A stretch of 64,000 nucleotides of DNA from Amoebophrya sp. A120 (Eukaryota; Protista; Dinoflagellata). Where the stretch lies: contig CAJINV010000014.1 in the NCBI GenBank assembly GCA_905178155.1, forward strand, positions 1,567,984 through 1,631,983. Direction: 5' to 3'. The position numbers were made by a program, and so were the translations under genes. Each line of letters starts with the position of its first letter. Position 1 is the stretch's first letter. Positions 47,440 through 59,204 of this stretch are shown here, one piece after another. Below the pieces are notes generated by a model. The model was not told the DNA's origin, did no database searches, and was given only the letters and a program-made list of their open reading frames with translations.

Positions 47440-47934
47440 CCACGCAGTGTGGTACTACATCTAAAAGTATCTCAATCTCACTCTACAAAGTTAAAGTAGC
47501 TCCTTGGGATAATAAAATATTGCTACTAAAAATAGGAACACGACCCTGACCCTGAGTTTCTTTCTTCGCCGCCGCAGCGGGCTTCGCAAGGCGGCGTACG
47601 AATCGCAAAAAACGTCTGGCTCATCATCATCTGGGGGAGTGCTCAAGTTTGTCACGCTCGGCTATCAAGATAGCTGTCAAGTCGGTCCGTCACGCACGTT
47701 GCCTAAAAGGCCGTACTTTCCGTCATGCAGCAGCGCAGCTTCAAGCTTCACTTGCAAAAGAAAAAATATTTATAAGTACCCAGCAGCAACTCAAAGTTGA
47801 AATGATGTTTGGCCTTCGCCTTGGCCATCATCAATGATTCTTATTTGGGCGTCCTCGTGTTGATTTATTTTTTCCAACCAGCTCCATCACGTTCACGTCT
47901 CCAGACCTGCCAGACATATTTGCAAAAATGCATA

Positions 47935-50900
47935 CAAGATGATGAACAACAACAAAAACTCCGGCACCACTGGCGGTTCCTGGGCGGATTATAGCCCGAC
48001 AGATAGCCATATCAAATTAGCAAACATTCCTGGACGTCTGGAAACTTGTGTTTCTGATGGTTTTTCTCCCGCGCATGATCGCAGAGAAGGAGCCACTCCT
48101 ATTGCGGCATATTAAGAGTAGCATGCTCAAAACTTACTCAGGTGGCAGCTTATTTGTTCGGATTCATTTGTAAAAAAGACGCATCATAAGGTTGCAGTAA
48201 TATCATAGCATGACGAAAAACAAAAAGCTAGCGCTAGCAACTTGTTGCAACATTCACGCATCACAGATCTTCCTGTCCTTGACATTCTGCATGACAAATC
48301 CAGACCCAGATCTTCGGTATTATTTGCAATGCATAAGCCAAGAAGAATACGAAGAAGAGGAGGAGCAGTACTACCAGGCACCGGAATATGCAAGAAGAAA
48401 TAAAGAAAAACAACTCTGTAAAAGTGTATGCGAAACTTTTTGCTCCTGCAGGACCAGGAGACGATGCAAAACAGTTGCGGAAACAGTCACAGAGTGGTCG
48501 CCAACCTCTTCATGCTTGTTCAACACATGTTGCATCTTCACGGGCTAGCTAGTAAAACATCACGACCACAGCACGTGTTTTCACTTACTACCTGCGCATG
48601 ATGGAATAAAGTGTTTGCTATGAACACGATCAGGCAAGCGAAACAGATACAGTTTTTCTTTCTTCTCCTGGATGCAGAACTGACTTTTCTCCCGCGTGAA
48701 GTGCACCATCCCAAGGTCGCCATTGCGAAATCCACGGCCGCCGTACCCCCCGGGGGGGGCCGACTTTCGGAGGGCCCCGGCCGGGTGGACGCCTTCGCGC
48801 GGCGCCCCGCCTCGCGCTGCCCCCTTGGGGGGGTCTTCGACACCCCTTCGGGAAGTCTCCGGCACTTCGGGGGGCGGCCTTCGATACCCCTTGGATGGGT
48901 GGGGCCTCGGGCATCGCGAACTTGCAGGGCGTTTCCGCTTCCATTCCGCCCGGCCCCGCGGCGGGCCTTCGGGGCGCCTGGGGGGGGCGGGCGCCTTCGC
49001 GCGGCGCCCCTTCGAGTGGTACCTGCGGGCGCCTTCATGCGGCGCCCCCCCTCGCGCACGCTCCCCCTCGCGGGGTGGTCTGTAGGACCCCTCGGCGGGG
49101 GCCTCGGGCATTGCAAGCCCTCAACAGGTTTCTGCCGCCAATCCTTCGGGTGGGCAACCTTCGGGGGGCCTCGCGCGGACACCTTCAGGCGGCGCCCCAT
49201 CTCGCGTTACTCCCTCGAGGGGGTCTGCGATACCCCTTGGGGGGGGGCCTCGGGCGTCGCGAATCAACGTGAAGCAGGTTGCTGCCTTTACAGCCCCTTC
49301 AGAGGGCCCAACCTTCGGGAGCATTTGGTCGCCAGCATTTACCGTGGGCCTGTCTTGAATGGTGTTGATTCATTCCTATGGCGGCTCCCTGTCCATCAAG
49401 ATAGGGTCGGCCAAACGGCCGACCCCCATCTTGTAAACATCACGACACGTGTTTTCTAGTACTGCGCATGATGGAATAAACAACAGGCAAGCGAAACAGA
49501 TACAGTTTTTCTTTCTTCTGGATGCAGAACTGACCTTTCTCCCGCGTGAAGTGCACCATCCCAAGGTTGTTGTGGCGACCAACGGAGCTCCTGCGGGGGA
49601 GATGCACCTGCACCAGCAGCTGCAGCCGGTATCCAGGAAAAAACACCCATCCCAATCCATTTTTTGCATGACAAACGCGGGACTCTATGCATGTTTTGCA
49701 TCACAAATTGGATGGATATGGGTGTTTTTTCCTGGATAGCCGGGCATGATGATGTACGGCAGTGGTGGTCAAGTATCCAACTGTGGAAAAACTATGTGGT
49801 CCCCAAACTATCCGATATTAGTCAGGATGAGAGAGAGAGTTGTTCCGCATGACAAACACAAAGAAAGGTAGACTTGCATGACATCAAGTTGTTGTGGTCA
49901 CTTTCCTTGCAATAGGGTACTAGTTCCCTGCAGCTGCTTCAATTCCTTTAAAAGCAGGACACCTGTGGGGTCGTGGGGAAGTTACTTATTTTTGCACAGG
50001 ATATAATCAAGACGGTCGCGACCTTCCTTCTGCGTCGCAACAGCACGGTGCAACTACATTCGGAGCAGGTGGCCACCAGGGCGCGGGTGGAAATATATCC
50101 TGAGTAAAAACATCACCAAGTTGCAGAATTATCCAAAAGATCAAGATCTGCAGCGAGTCACGCATGACGAATGTTTGTCAGCAGTGTTTATCTTCGTAAT
50201 GGAAAGGCTAGCAAGTTTATGTTGTCCAACACTAACAGCTGTGGTGGATCTTCACAAAGTAGCCAACTCCTTATCCACACCCTGTCTACGGCGTTACAAA
50301 TACCAGCACACTACTTTTAGAAAATCCACTCATGGGCGGGAAGATGCGCATTTACGTGTAGTTGTAGTTCTTGTAGAGGCAATAATTTGCTGGGAAGGTC
50401 CGGTGTAGTTGTGGACCTGGACGTTTTTACGAAGGATAAGATAACTCCATTCCCAACCTCGCAAGTGCGGACCGTGGAGGACACGAGGCGACGCAGATGA
50501 AGGATGTTATGCATTACAAATATGTCTGGCTTTGGGACTGGAAGTGGAACTACATGATGAATGCAGATGTTTATTGTCGTGTTGCACATTTTTCATGGTC
50601 CATGCCAATGGCAATGTAATGGATGTCGGGGACGATGCATCATGTCCTCCTAGCATCACACGTAGTATTATTACATTTCCGAGAGTAGTTCTTTTCATTT
50701 TCTGCATAAAAACGAACTGTCTCTAAAGGTGGCGAAAATACTAGCGCAGCCCCCTGGCTTTGCCTTTCATGTATGACAGATTTTTGTGTGCTGACCGACG
50801 TATGAGGGCATCGCAAGAAGTGAGTTTGCATCCACTGTGCAGCTGCAGGCCCAGACACATTTGCAACGCATAAATGTGGTATTTTTTTTGCACAAATCTA

Positions 50901-53900
50901 CTTCCGTATGCGTACAACCACCTACAAAAAAAAAAAACAGTACAGTATGACTATCCTCCCTACTGATACTGGTTCTGGTGGTGGTGCGGTTGCACAACCT
51001 CCACCTCTTGCCATTCATTTATTTTCATTTTGCTTTAAGTTTGTGTACAACATGAACATGTTGATCATGATCGTCTGTCAGAAAACTTCTACACATTGTC
51101 GTTCCCACAACAGGTCCGCATGCCCTCTATGACGAAAGCAATGGACGGCTTGGTTTCAGCAATCATGATGCAGCCAACAACAGCTGCCGCTGCGCCGGCT
51201 TATCCATTGCAAGATATTCTGCTTGGGGTTGGGTCTGGAGGATTGCCGGATTTGCCACACAGCAGTGGTTTATTTGGGTCTTGCAAATGGTCTGGAACAT
51301 AAAATGCACGGGAAGTAGGCACTGACTTACAGGCTTAACGCAGACTGCGCGATGCCTACTGTCCCGCATAACGAGTAGAGGTACGCTCACGCAGCACAAA
51401 TTTTTGTGGCTGGCTCTCCGGAGGGAGTTAATCTTCCTTAGTTTCTTGTACGAGCATGACATTTATTTTCATATACCTCCTCCAGACCCAGAGCCCATTG
51501 TTTGCAGTCCATACGGCTTTATCTGCGCCAATCACTTCTACACCGAAGACCGCTCTGACAACGGCTTCCTCGACCTCTTTGCTGCCAGAAGAAGGTGGCG
51601 GTGGGAAGATGAGCATGAGCGAAATCATGACGGGTATGAACTGCAAAAGTATCGTACTCGCATAAATGCATTACAAATTTCCTCAGCATGAGAAAAAAAT
51701 TTGTAATGCGGATTTAGCTTCAGAAAAAAATTTGTATATGCATGACTGCAATTACTACGAGTACGAGCACGATACTTTTGCACAGGATAACGGGGCACGG
51801 TGGGCAGCTGCAAGTGCAACAACATCTTCACCATCAGCATCAGGATGCTTATGGAATGCATGGCACCACTAATACTACCTTTGCTTCCACCACGAAAACA
51901 GATAAGAGGCACCTCGAACAACATCCACAAGAAACTTCTCTCGCTGAGGACCGACAGGTGAACGGTCAATATGAAAAATTGCAAAAGTTGTAATGTCGCA
52001 CTAGCCCCTGCCCCACAGCCAATAGGGGATGCATTTTCTTTTACAAGTTGAATTTGAAATTTCTTCAGCATCACAAAGAAATAACGCACTTTGACTCTGT
52101 CTTGGTGTTGGAGGTGAAGAGTTTCTTATTATTTAAGAAATGAGCAGGACTGCGACTGGTGTTATGCATGATTTGGAGTTCTGCTACTATGCAGCACGCT
52201 TGATGCGATTGCTTTTGCTATGAGTGCAATGCTTTTGCACAGGATTCTGACACTGCTCAACACGAGACCGCCACGTCAACAACTTCGGGTTCCGCCAAAC
52301 CGTCTTATGACCTGCAGAATGCGACAGCCATGTCTGAAGAAGATCTTATCACGTGCAAATAGGCTCCTCCTTGAAACAAGTCTGGACCTGCTTCGTGTAT
52401 GGGGTCGTCAACGTTGTATTTGCCTCAGACCGTAAAAAAAATTCTGCGCGCATTTTTTCGCGGCGCAAAGCTAGTAAACCTGTGCACGCTAGTGAGGGGC
52501 TGACTTGAACGCGGTTTGTTTTAGCTAGCTTGTCAGCAGCAGTGCTCTAGTAGGTAAGTGAGTATTGACGCGAAGGGGGGTGGGGCGCTGGGGGTTCTTC
52601 TGTGGCTGTTGTTTTCACCTAGAAAACGCCGGGCGCGCGCAATATTTTGCTCCGCTTCCCCGATTGCTCTCTCCGTGCAGGTATTTGCCGCTATGGCCTG
52701 GATCAGCGTGTGAGGCTGGCGCCCCGAGAGATGTCTACACAGGCCCTGGCCTCGTCGTCTCTAGCGGGCACCACGCATATATGTTGGCCGCGAAGGCCTT
52801 TCCGGAGCCCTTCCAAAAAGGGGGGGCCGGAGGGGTGCCCGGAACCCTAAAAAAAAGCCTATTGATTTTTCTTCGAATCACGATGGTGCTACCCCTCCCC
52901 AAAAGGGGTCCCGGAACCCCTCTGGGAACCCTTCCCGAAAGGCTCTCGGGCTTTTCGCATTCTGACGAAAAAGCCGCAAAGGCAAAAAGCGCGCGCGCCT
53001 GCCGGTACACGCGCGCACAGTTGCGCCAACTTAGAAACAAGGGAAGGCGCAGCCGCGGCCGGTTCCGTTTGCGCCCTCGACTCCGACCGACTTGCACAGA
53101 TTGAGGCCCATTGTCTAGCGGCTGGACTGCAAGAGGACCTGCTGCAGCACCTCCAAGCTGCAGGGGCACTCCGAGGCAACTCCGTGGAGCAGCAGCGCCG
53201 GATAGCTCCGTCTTTAGCCACTGAGAAGTGCTGCGAATATGCTATCTATTTCATTAGGTGTGCAACATAGTGGGGGGCTATACGTGTGCAACATGATGGA
53301 TATCAAATACAAAAAAAGGCGCGCGGAAAATTTTTTACAGCTTGAGGCAAATACAAGTTTGACGACGCCATATCGTGTTCTTGCTGATGAGTAACTAGTA
53401 CTTACCTGCATTGCAGAATAGCCGCTTGCGCGGCATATCAACAGCAGGAGAAGTTTATTTGCGTGTTTTTAGCTTCCTGCGTGATTTGATATTGTTTTTG
53501 ATTTCTATGTAGCACAATGAAGAACATGTTGATCATGATCTTCCACTTCGCACAACAAATAAACAGCCACTACTAGCTGCCAATCCACCTCTGTATCATG
53601 CTCATGCAATACAGATCTGCATCTTGCTCTCATGCGAATCTTGCATCACGAAGAAGAACCTAGACCCAAACACGATAATATTTGCAATGGTGCATAGATC
53701 TCCAGATACAACAGCAATTAGCAGCGAAGAAAAAGCAACAAGAAGAACAGGCCGAGTTTATTTCTGCGGCGGAAAGGGCGGCGCAGGTGAAGGCCAAAGC
53801 TGCAACCTGGAAGCCAAGTTTGCGGTTGCGGAGGTAAAAGGTAACGCGCGAGAGGGGAACTATTTTCGCGATAGGCAGTTCTTGAGGATAATTTATTTTT

Positions 53901-54025
53901 ACTCAGTGTACTTATTTAAACTTGTTGTTGTTTTTCAATCAAGATCTCATGGCATGCGTAAAAGGGTACTGAACAAGGCTACTGGACAAAAAGGATTGAA
54001 CTTTCTCTCGTGCTATCAATATTGA
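47935..54025 (+). CDS. Multi-exon low-complexity hypothetical protein (ends uncertain)
   Basis: In-frame joins across elements at 48010, 48387, 49630, 49774, 50096, 50508, 51201, 51635 and 52306 and a GT-AG intron 50879-51113. The join near 51970-52247 is unresolved. No domain recognised. Confidence 0.55.
48010..48335. mobile_element. IR/DR introner
   Basis: Perfect DR AGCCA; join PTDS/QEEYEE. Confidence 0.8.
48387..48674. mobile_element. IR/DR introner whose right end is duplicated at ~49433-49524
   Basis: DR CGGAA/CAGAA; AAAGAAAAAC / GTTTTTCTTT. Confidence 0.75.
48718..49432. mobile_element. Very GC-rich repetitive insert flanked by a long imperfect direct duplication
   Basis: Internal GCCTTCGCG / GGCGCCCC / GGGGGCCTCG units; 48552-48717 recurs at 49433-49567. 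Confidence 0.65.
49630..49738. mobile_element. IR/DR introner (short TATCCA family)
   Basis: Perfect DR GCCGG; perfect 22-bp TIR TATCCAGGAAAAAACACCCAT / ATGGGTGTTTTTTCCTGGATA core. Confidence 0.92.
49774..50003. mobile_element. IR/DR introner
   Basis: TATCC..TGTGGAAAAA / TTTTTGCACAGGATA; DR TCAAG recurs 3 nt beyond the right end; frame restored. Confidence 0.7.
50096..50438. mobile_element. IR/DR introner
   Basis: DR AAATA/AGATA; TATCCT..GTAAAAAC / GTTTTTAC..AGGATA. Confidence 0.82.
50508..50872. mobile_element. IR/DR introner (GTCTGGGTCTGGAA family)
   Basis: DR GATGT/AATGT; CAAATATGTCTGG / CCAGACACATTTG. Confidence 0.82.
51201..51513. mobile_element. IR/DR introner
   Basis: Perfect DR CGGCT; TGGGTCTGGAGGA / TCCTCCAGACCCA. 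Confidence 0.88.
51635..51789. mobile_element. IR/DR introner (TGCAAAAGTATCG family)
   Basis: Perfect DR ACGGG; near copy of 31414-31549. Confidence 0.9.
52306..53696. mobile_element. Expanded introner containing a nested TIR element (~52350-53465)
   Basis: DR CGTCT/GATCT; join AKPS/PDTTAIS. The nested ~60-bp TIR at 52398-52458 pairs with ~53311-53372. Confidence 0.65.
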
Positions 54026-54382
54026 TAACAAGAATCCCTCGTCCACCTCCTCGGCAGATCATGAATGCAGCCCGCTTGATTTCTTTTTTTGACGAATCAT
54101 GAGCATGTAATTTTTACCTACAAAAATCGACGCGTGTTTCAGTTTAAGTAATATATTTGTAGTATACATTCGTTAGTTTTAAAGCAAACAGGTGAAGAAC
54201 TCTTTGAGCAACCAAAGACGCTGCCATTTTGTTTTTTTCATCATTTTCGGTTCTTGTCGATGAGATAGAAATTTTCGCTTTTCAACAATGTTCTCGATGT
54301 CTTGATATTGATGTCTGCTGAAGAACTGATAGAGTACCATTATGCGTCGAAATGTTACTAGCGAAGAGCCGCTAATAATGTC

Positions 54383-54886
54383 AGAGTTGTTCATCTTTCG
54401 AGGAGAATGCAAGACTGCACTCTAGCGAAACGAAGAAACAAAACAGAAAACAAGACACACCCACGACGACCCGTCAGACTTTCTTTTTCAGTACTATCAT
54501 TATGATATCGCCATTGATGCTGGGGCTCGCTCCCTCCCCAGATCGAGAGCTTTTGCTTTTCACAAGAATTAGAAAAGTCGGCCGCGCCGCCGCCGCCTTC
54601 TGGTTTGCTGGGAAGTGAGTGGCATACCCTCGTCCCGACGTCCATGCTGCGTCCTCAGAAGTAGGGAGATCGTCCTCGGTCCTTGGTGAATAAAAATCGT
54701 ACTTAGAAGCAAGTCGAAACTATCGCTCCGCAGGTCGTGCTGACAATCCCGCCTGCTAGTCCTGTCGCAAAAACAAAACTAGAGCAACGCACGCGCGTCG
54801 GTGCATCGTGAAGGTGCTACTTGGATTTTTGATGAGGCGTAGTGGTTATTGTTTATTAGTCGACTTGTCCATCATGCGATCATCTG
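54383..54886 (+). repeat. Dispersed ~500-bp repeat, copy 1
   Basis: Collinear similarity to 60922-61447 (TGCAAGACTGC, CGACCCGTCAGACTTTCTTTTTCAGTA, CGTCCCGACGTCCATGCTGCGTCCTCAG). Confidence 0.85.
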
Positions 54887-56577
54887 GCTTTATTTCATTG
54901 CAAAGCACTTCGTGCGACATATACATAAGAAGTGTGCCTCCTAGTGATCGCTCCACGTGATCGGTAGTACGAGAATGGGCAAAAGTAAAAAAACAAATGT
55001 TGGCGCCGACGGTCGTCGGTTTCTCCTCGTCTACAACTGTGGCAAAGTCGTTGCTGCAGCATCGGTGTTTTTATTTCCGAAGGCATCGGTAGTACGTTGA
55101 CGCTGGTTCATATCTTTCTTGATCGATGAAGTTACCACTTCGCATAGCTTTTTCATTCGACCTGAGATACCATGAACAAGCCTCCTGGTAGAACAGTTCC
55201 CGCAACACATAACTTCTCCCGCAATTATTTTGCTAGATTGTTTGCGACCCTTTAAACTTGCAAACCTCTAAACCTCTGCGCCAAAGCTGGCACACTGCCA
55301 CTGCTAGAAGAAGTGTTTTGCTCTGCCTAGTCGCATTTCGACGAAGTTGAGTCAAGGTTGTTTCCCCTACCCCTTCTCTATTTTTTAAAAATAATTTTTC
55401 GCTTTGGACACCTAGAAGCCTCGTCGCTAGCCTTTCGAAATAGTTTTGGACCTTCTTCTTGCTAAACGTGCCAGCTTTGAGTATAGCGCTTTTTTGTTTG
55501 TTCATCTCCCTTGCTAAACATAGCAACTCTGGCCGTCTTCTTGCTAATCACTATAGAAGCAGCTCTAAGGACATTTATCCTTCGACTCTCGGCGTCCTGT
55601 TCTTAAATCAGGCTAGTTTATACCTGTGCTATTTTTATTCGTGTAATTCTCTTCATATTTGTTCTGCGCCTCCAACTCCCTCTTGACAATTTATTTGGAT
55701 TTCCCCGCCCTTCGCGTTTCCATACAACAGGCAGAATGCTAATGCAACGCATGAGAGTGCCAGGCTCGAAATTGACAAAGTTGAAAAAGTAGCAACATCC
55801 TGCAACGCAGAAAATCCGGGGCACAGAGTGCCAGTCTTGCAGAGCAGAAAGCGAGTGAATCGCAAATGGGTATGGGATTTAAGAAGCCCCAAAGTTTGTC
55901 AGTCATCTTATGGACCGCACTTAGAGTTTGCAACTTTGGCCGAGCTGCAATCTAGCTTAATATGCATCGCGAGTAATTATTTCAACTTTGTCGATTTCGA
56001 GCCTGACGGTTTCACGCAGCGCGCAACAGTTCTTCTGTTTGGCCTCGGGATAGCGACGCCTCCTGCTCCAGCAGCTGCAAAAATTTCTCTTACTTTATAT
56101 GGCGTTCTCAATGTTACATTCTCAACTGTTACATGATTTGTCATGCAAAATAAGCATCGACGTCCAGTCCACACGGTGCAGCTACTTTGCGTGACAAATT
56201 TCGGCAGGGCTACACAGCATGGGAATCTGTGCCGAATTTGTAACGCAAGAGTTGCAAGATCCGGCCTTTGTTTCTTGCTGTTGCCAGCATGGCAAATCCA
56301 TGTAACTCATATAGCTACAATAAAGCTCATCCCGCAGCCGTCCCAGGAGCTTCTTGTGGTTGTCTCTCGGTAGGGATCGCTTTGCCCGTGCGTATTCCAC
56401 TCAGAGTTTGCTGCGTAGGTGGTTACCGTTTGGAGCTTTTAGAATAGAAAGAAATGGGACGCCCTGCCCTTAGCCTTCCAACGTGACAAATGAAGTTGAG
56501 AACGTAACAAGTTGAGAGTGTAACAATTGAGAATCCCATACTTCAAAGCCTGGACGCAGCGGTGAAGCGGACTCCTG

Positions 56578-56904
56578 TATGGGTGTGTCAGGATTGAAAT
56601 CGAAAAAGTTGCAGCAGCTTGTAATGCATAAAATCGATGCCAAGCAATCGGATCCACGGTTTCTAGACGGTGCGCGAAAAATTTTGTCCGTACCGGAGGC
56701 CAGTTTGTCATGCTGTTTAGGGAAAAGGGAAAGGGGCTCCCCTCTGCGATGCTAATCAGCAGCCCAATTCTCCACCCTTGCCAGTGCTACAATGCCCCTC
56801 CCTTGCGTCCTCTGCAATAGAGGCAGTGTCTGCTTCTGCGTTGCATTTTATGCATGACAAACCATTTCCACTTTCAGGACGATTTCGATCCTGACGCACC
56901 CATA
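56578..56904. mobile_element. IR/DR introner (GTCAGGAT-GAAAT family)
   Basis: Perfect DR TCCTG; TATGGGTGTGTCAGGATTGAAATCG / CGATTTCGATCCTGACGCACCCATA. Confidence 0.92.
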
Positions 56905-58547
56905 TCCTGGCGTCAATGGTTACAGGATGCTGGCGATGGCCACGAGCATCTTGCCTATCGCATTAGCGTTTCCGCTGTTTTAGACTGGGCGAAACACCAG
57001 CCGTACTGGACGGAATTAGCTAAGACGCAGCCCAAGGAAACGGGCAAAGCGCTTCTTGAAGAGCGAAATTGCGAGAAATGTAGCACAGCTGACAAACCAG
57101 GGGCGTGGTGGAAAAGCAAGCTGGACGGCGACCTAGAGGAAATTGCGAAAATGTACACAGAGATTGCCCAACTGGACGGCGGAGTTTCTGCCGAGGTTCG
57201 AGAGGTCGTCACGCGGGCCGCGCAAAATATAAAAGAGGGTCTAACGGCCAGCAGGGTTCTGGACAGCAAGGCCCCGCCAGGGTTCTGGACAAGCCCGGAA
57301 GTCCAGGGCTCCTGTAGCGGTACCGTGCCACAAGAGGACGCCAACTTTTTGGAGCTGGGTCCGAATCGAAATCGTGACGATGTCTACCTGAAGCTGCTCG
57401 AATATGCGACGGAGCTGCCGAAGGAGCTCGCTGCGTGGCAACTCATGGACTACAAGCAGACAAGCGATGCCGTGACCAGAAACATTCGAAGCGCATACCT
57501 GACGCAGGCGACGATATCCGAGCGCATCGCAGACCACCGGATGAAGTCCGGGACTGATCATGGAGAAGATGCTGTAACTCAGTTTCTCCGAAGCACCCTG
57601 ATGAATACCAATCAAGTGGTCACAATTGCCGACGCCGCGAGGGTGGCGGTAGATAGGTATAGGCCTGCAACAGGCAGCCAGGTCCCGGTCGTGCCGATTC
57701 CCGCCGGAACTGTCGCGCTTTTCGGTATCACTCGAGCAAATGTTTGCGGTAGTACACAGCCGCTCACTGGTGAAGGTCGTCCCTCGGACTTGGAGAGATC
57801 CCTGACAGAGATGGCAGAGAAAGCTGAATATTATCGCGGACTGGATATCGCCGGCAGTATTCAGGAAGCTGATGAAGAAGCACAAGCGGTAGACAGTAGA
57901 AGGGCAAGACTTTCGTGTCTTCACGGTGTGAAGTACATGCTGGAATTTCTTGAAGGTCTTGTCCACGATAAAGAAAGGTTTGCGCCTGATCGCCCCTTCG
58001 TGTTGCGTATCCACATGTGGGAGGGCGTGGCGCGCCAACTGACTCCACAGGCCGCCCACTTTTACGAGTCGCTGCATAAGGGGCTCTACGACTTTTACGA
58101 TCACCCACGGCGCTCGCGCTAATTTTTTCAAGCGCATTCGCCTCGAGATTGGTCATACCCCCAGGCTGCCCTTTGTGGTCGCTGTCTGACCTCCCCAAAA
58201 ATGCCGACGCCGAGCGAGAGCCGCGAGATCTGCTTGCTCCTCAGCCAAAAGGTCAGCGTGAAAAGATTAACTACTGGAACACCGCGGCTGGACTTAGCAA
58301 CGAAACGCCGCCGAAGCAGAAGTCGAAGGGGAAGGCCAAGGCTGAGCCTAAGAAGTGCCTGGAGGAGGGACAGTTCGCGCGCCTTCTCCTGAGCATTCCT
58401 TGGGCTCAAAAAGTCTGCAGCGTGAACGCGCACTCCAACATGATGATCCAGCCAGGATATAACGTAGAGCGAGGAAGTGCAGAGAGCCCTCGCGACGATT
58501 TTCAACACAGAACAGCACTGCCCCCGGAAGGAACGATATTACAGTGA
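56905..58547 (+). CDS. Divergent adenosine-deaminase-like (amidohydrolase barrel) coding region, apparently frameshifted
   Basis: Exon 56905-58122 has GLDIAG and LRIHMWEG. RLEIGH follows in a second frame (~58134-58156) and VNAHSN in a third (ORF 58149-58547). Motif order mimics ADA GxDLAG...HAGE...RIGH...CPxSN. Confidence 0.45.
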
Positions 58548-59204
58548 AAAATGCCCCCACCCCCAAAGTTGCAACTATTTCTGAAGCGAACAAGTTTCCA
58601 AATGAAAAAGAAAACTCTTTGTCATGCATGATATGAAAGGAGTACGAATCTTTCTGATGCAGAGTCTACGCGTATAAAGCACCGCTTGCATGAGCATGAC
58701 GCGTGCCGCTCTTGTTGCTGGGGTCTTTTGCAATGCAAATTTTTGCTATTTGCGAGACGATTGAAAATGATCTGCGACGCTGATAGAAGATGCAAGGGGC
58801 CCAGTGCTTCACTTGGAAAGGGTTGCGGTTGCACCACAAATGCTCCCAAGTTCTGGGGCAGTAGCGTTTTTCATTGTAATAGTCTGAGTTGCAGCCTCAG
58901 TGTAGGCGTTGACGGCGCGGGCGCTTTGCGATTAAACAACAGCGCCGAGGCTGTTCGTGCCATGTTGTCAAGATATTTTGGAATTGTTTTTCCTGAAGAC
59001 CACGATAGGAGCGCGCAAGCGCACTCTGGTCGAATCTGCGCCGCTGCAGGTGGATCACCAACGCTGTCCCCCTGCTCGAGCTTGGATAGAGCCACGTCGC
59101 CTATTTCTCCCACACAGAGCAACAAGCGAAGCCGCAGCAAGAGCCGCAGCGGGAACGAGAGCCGCCTCCGCCACAGCGGAAACCGCAGCAGGAGCAGCAG
59201 CAGG

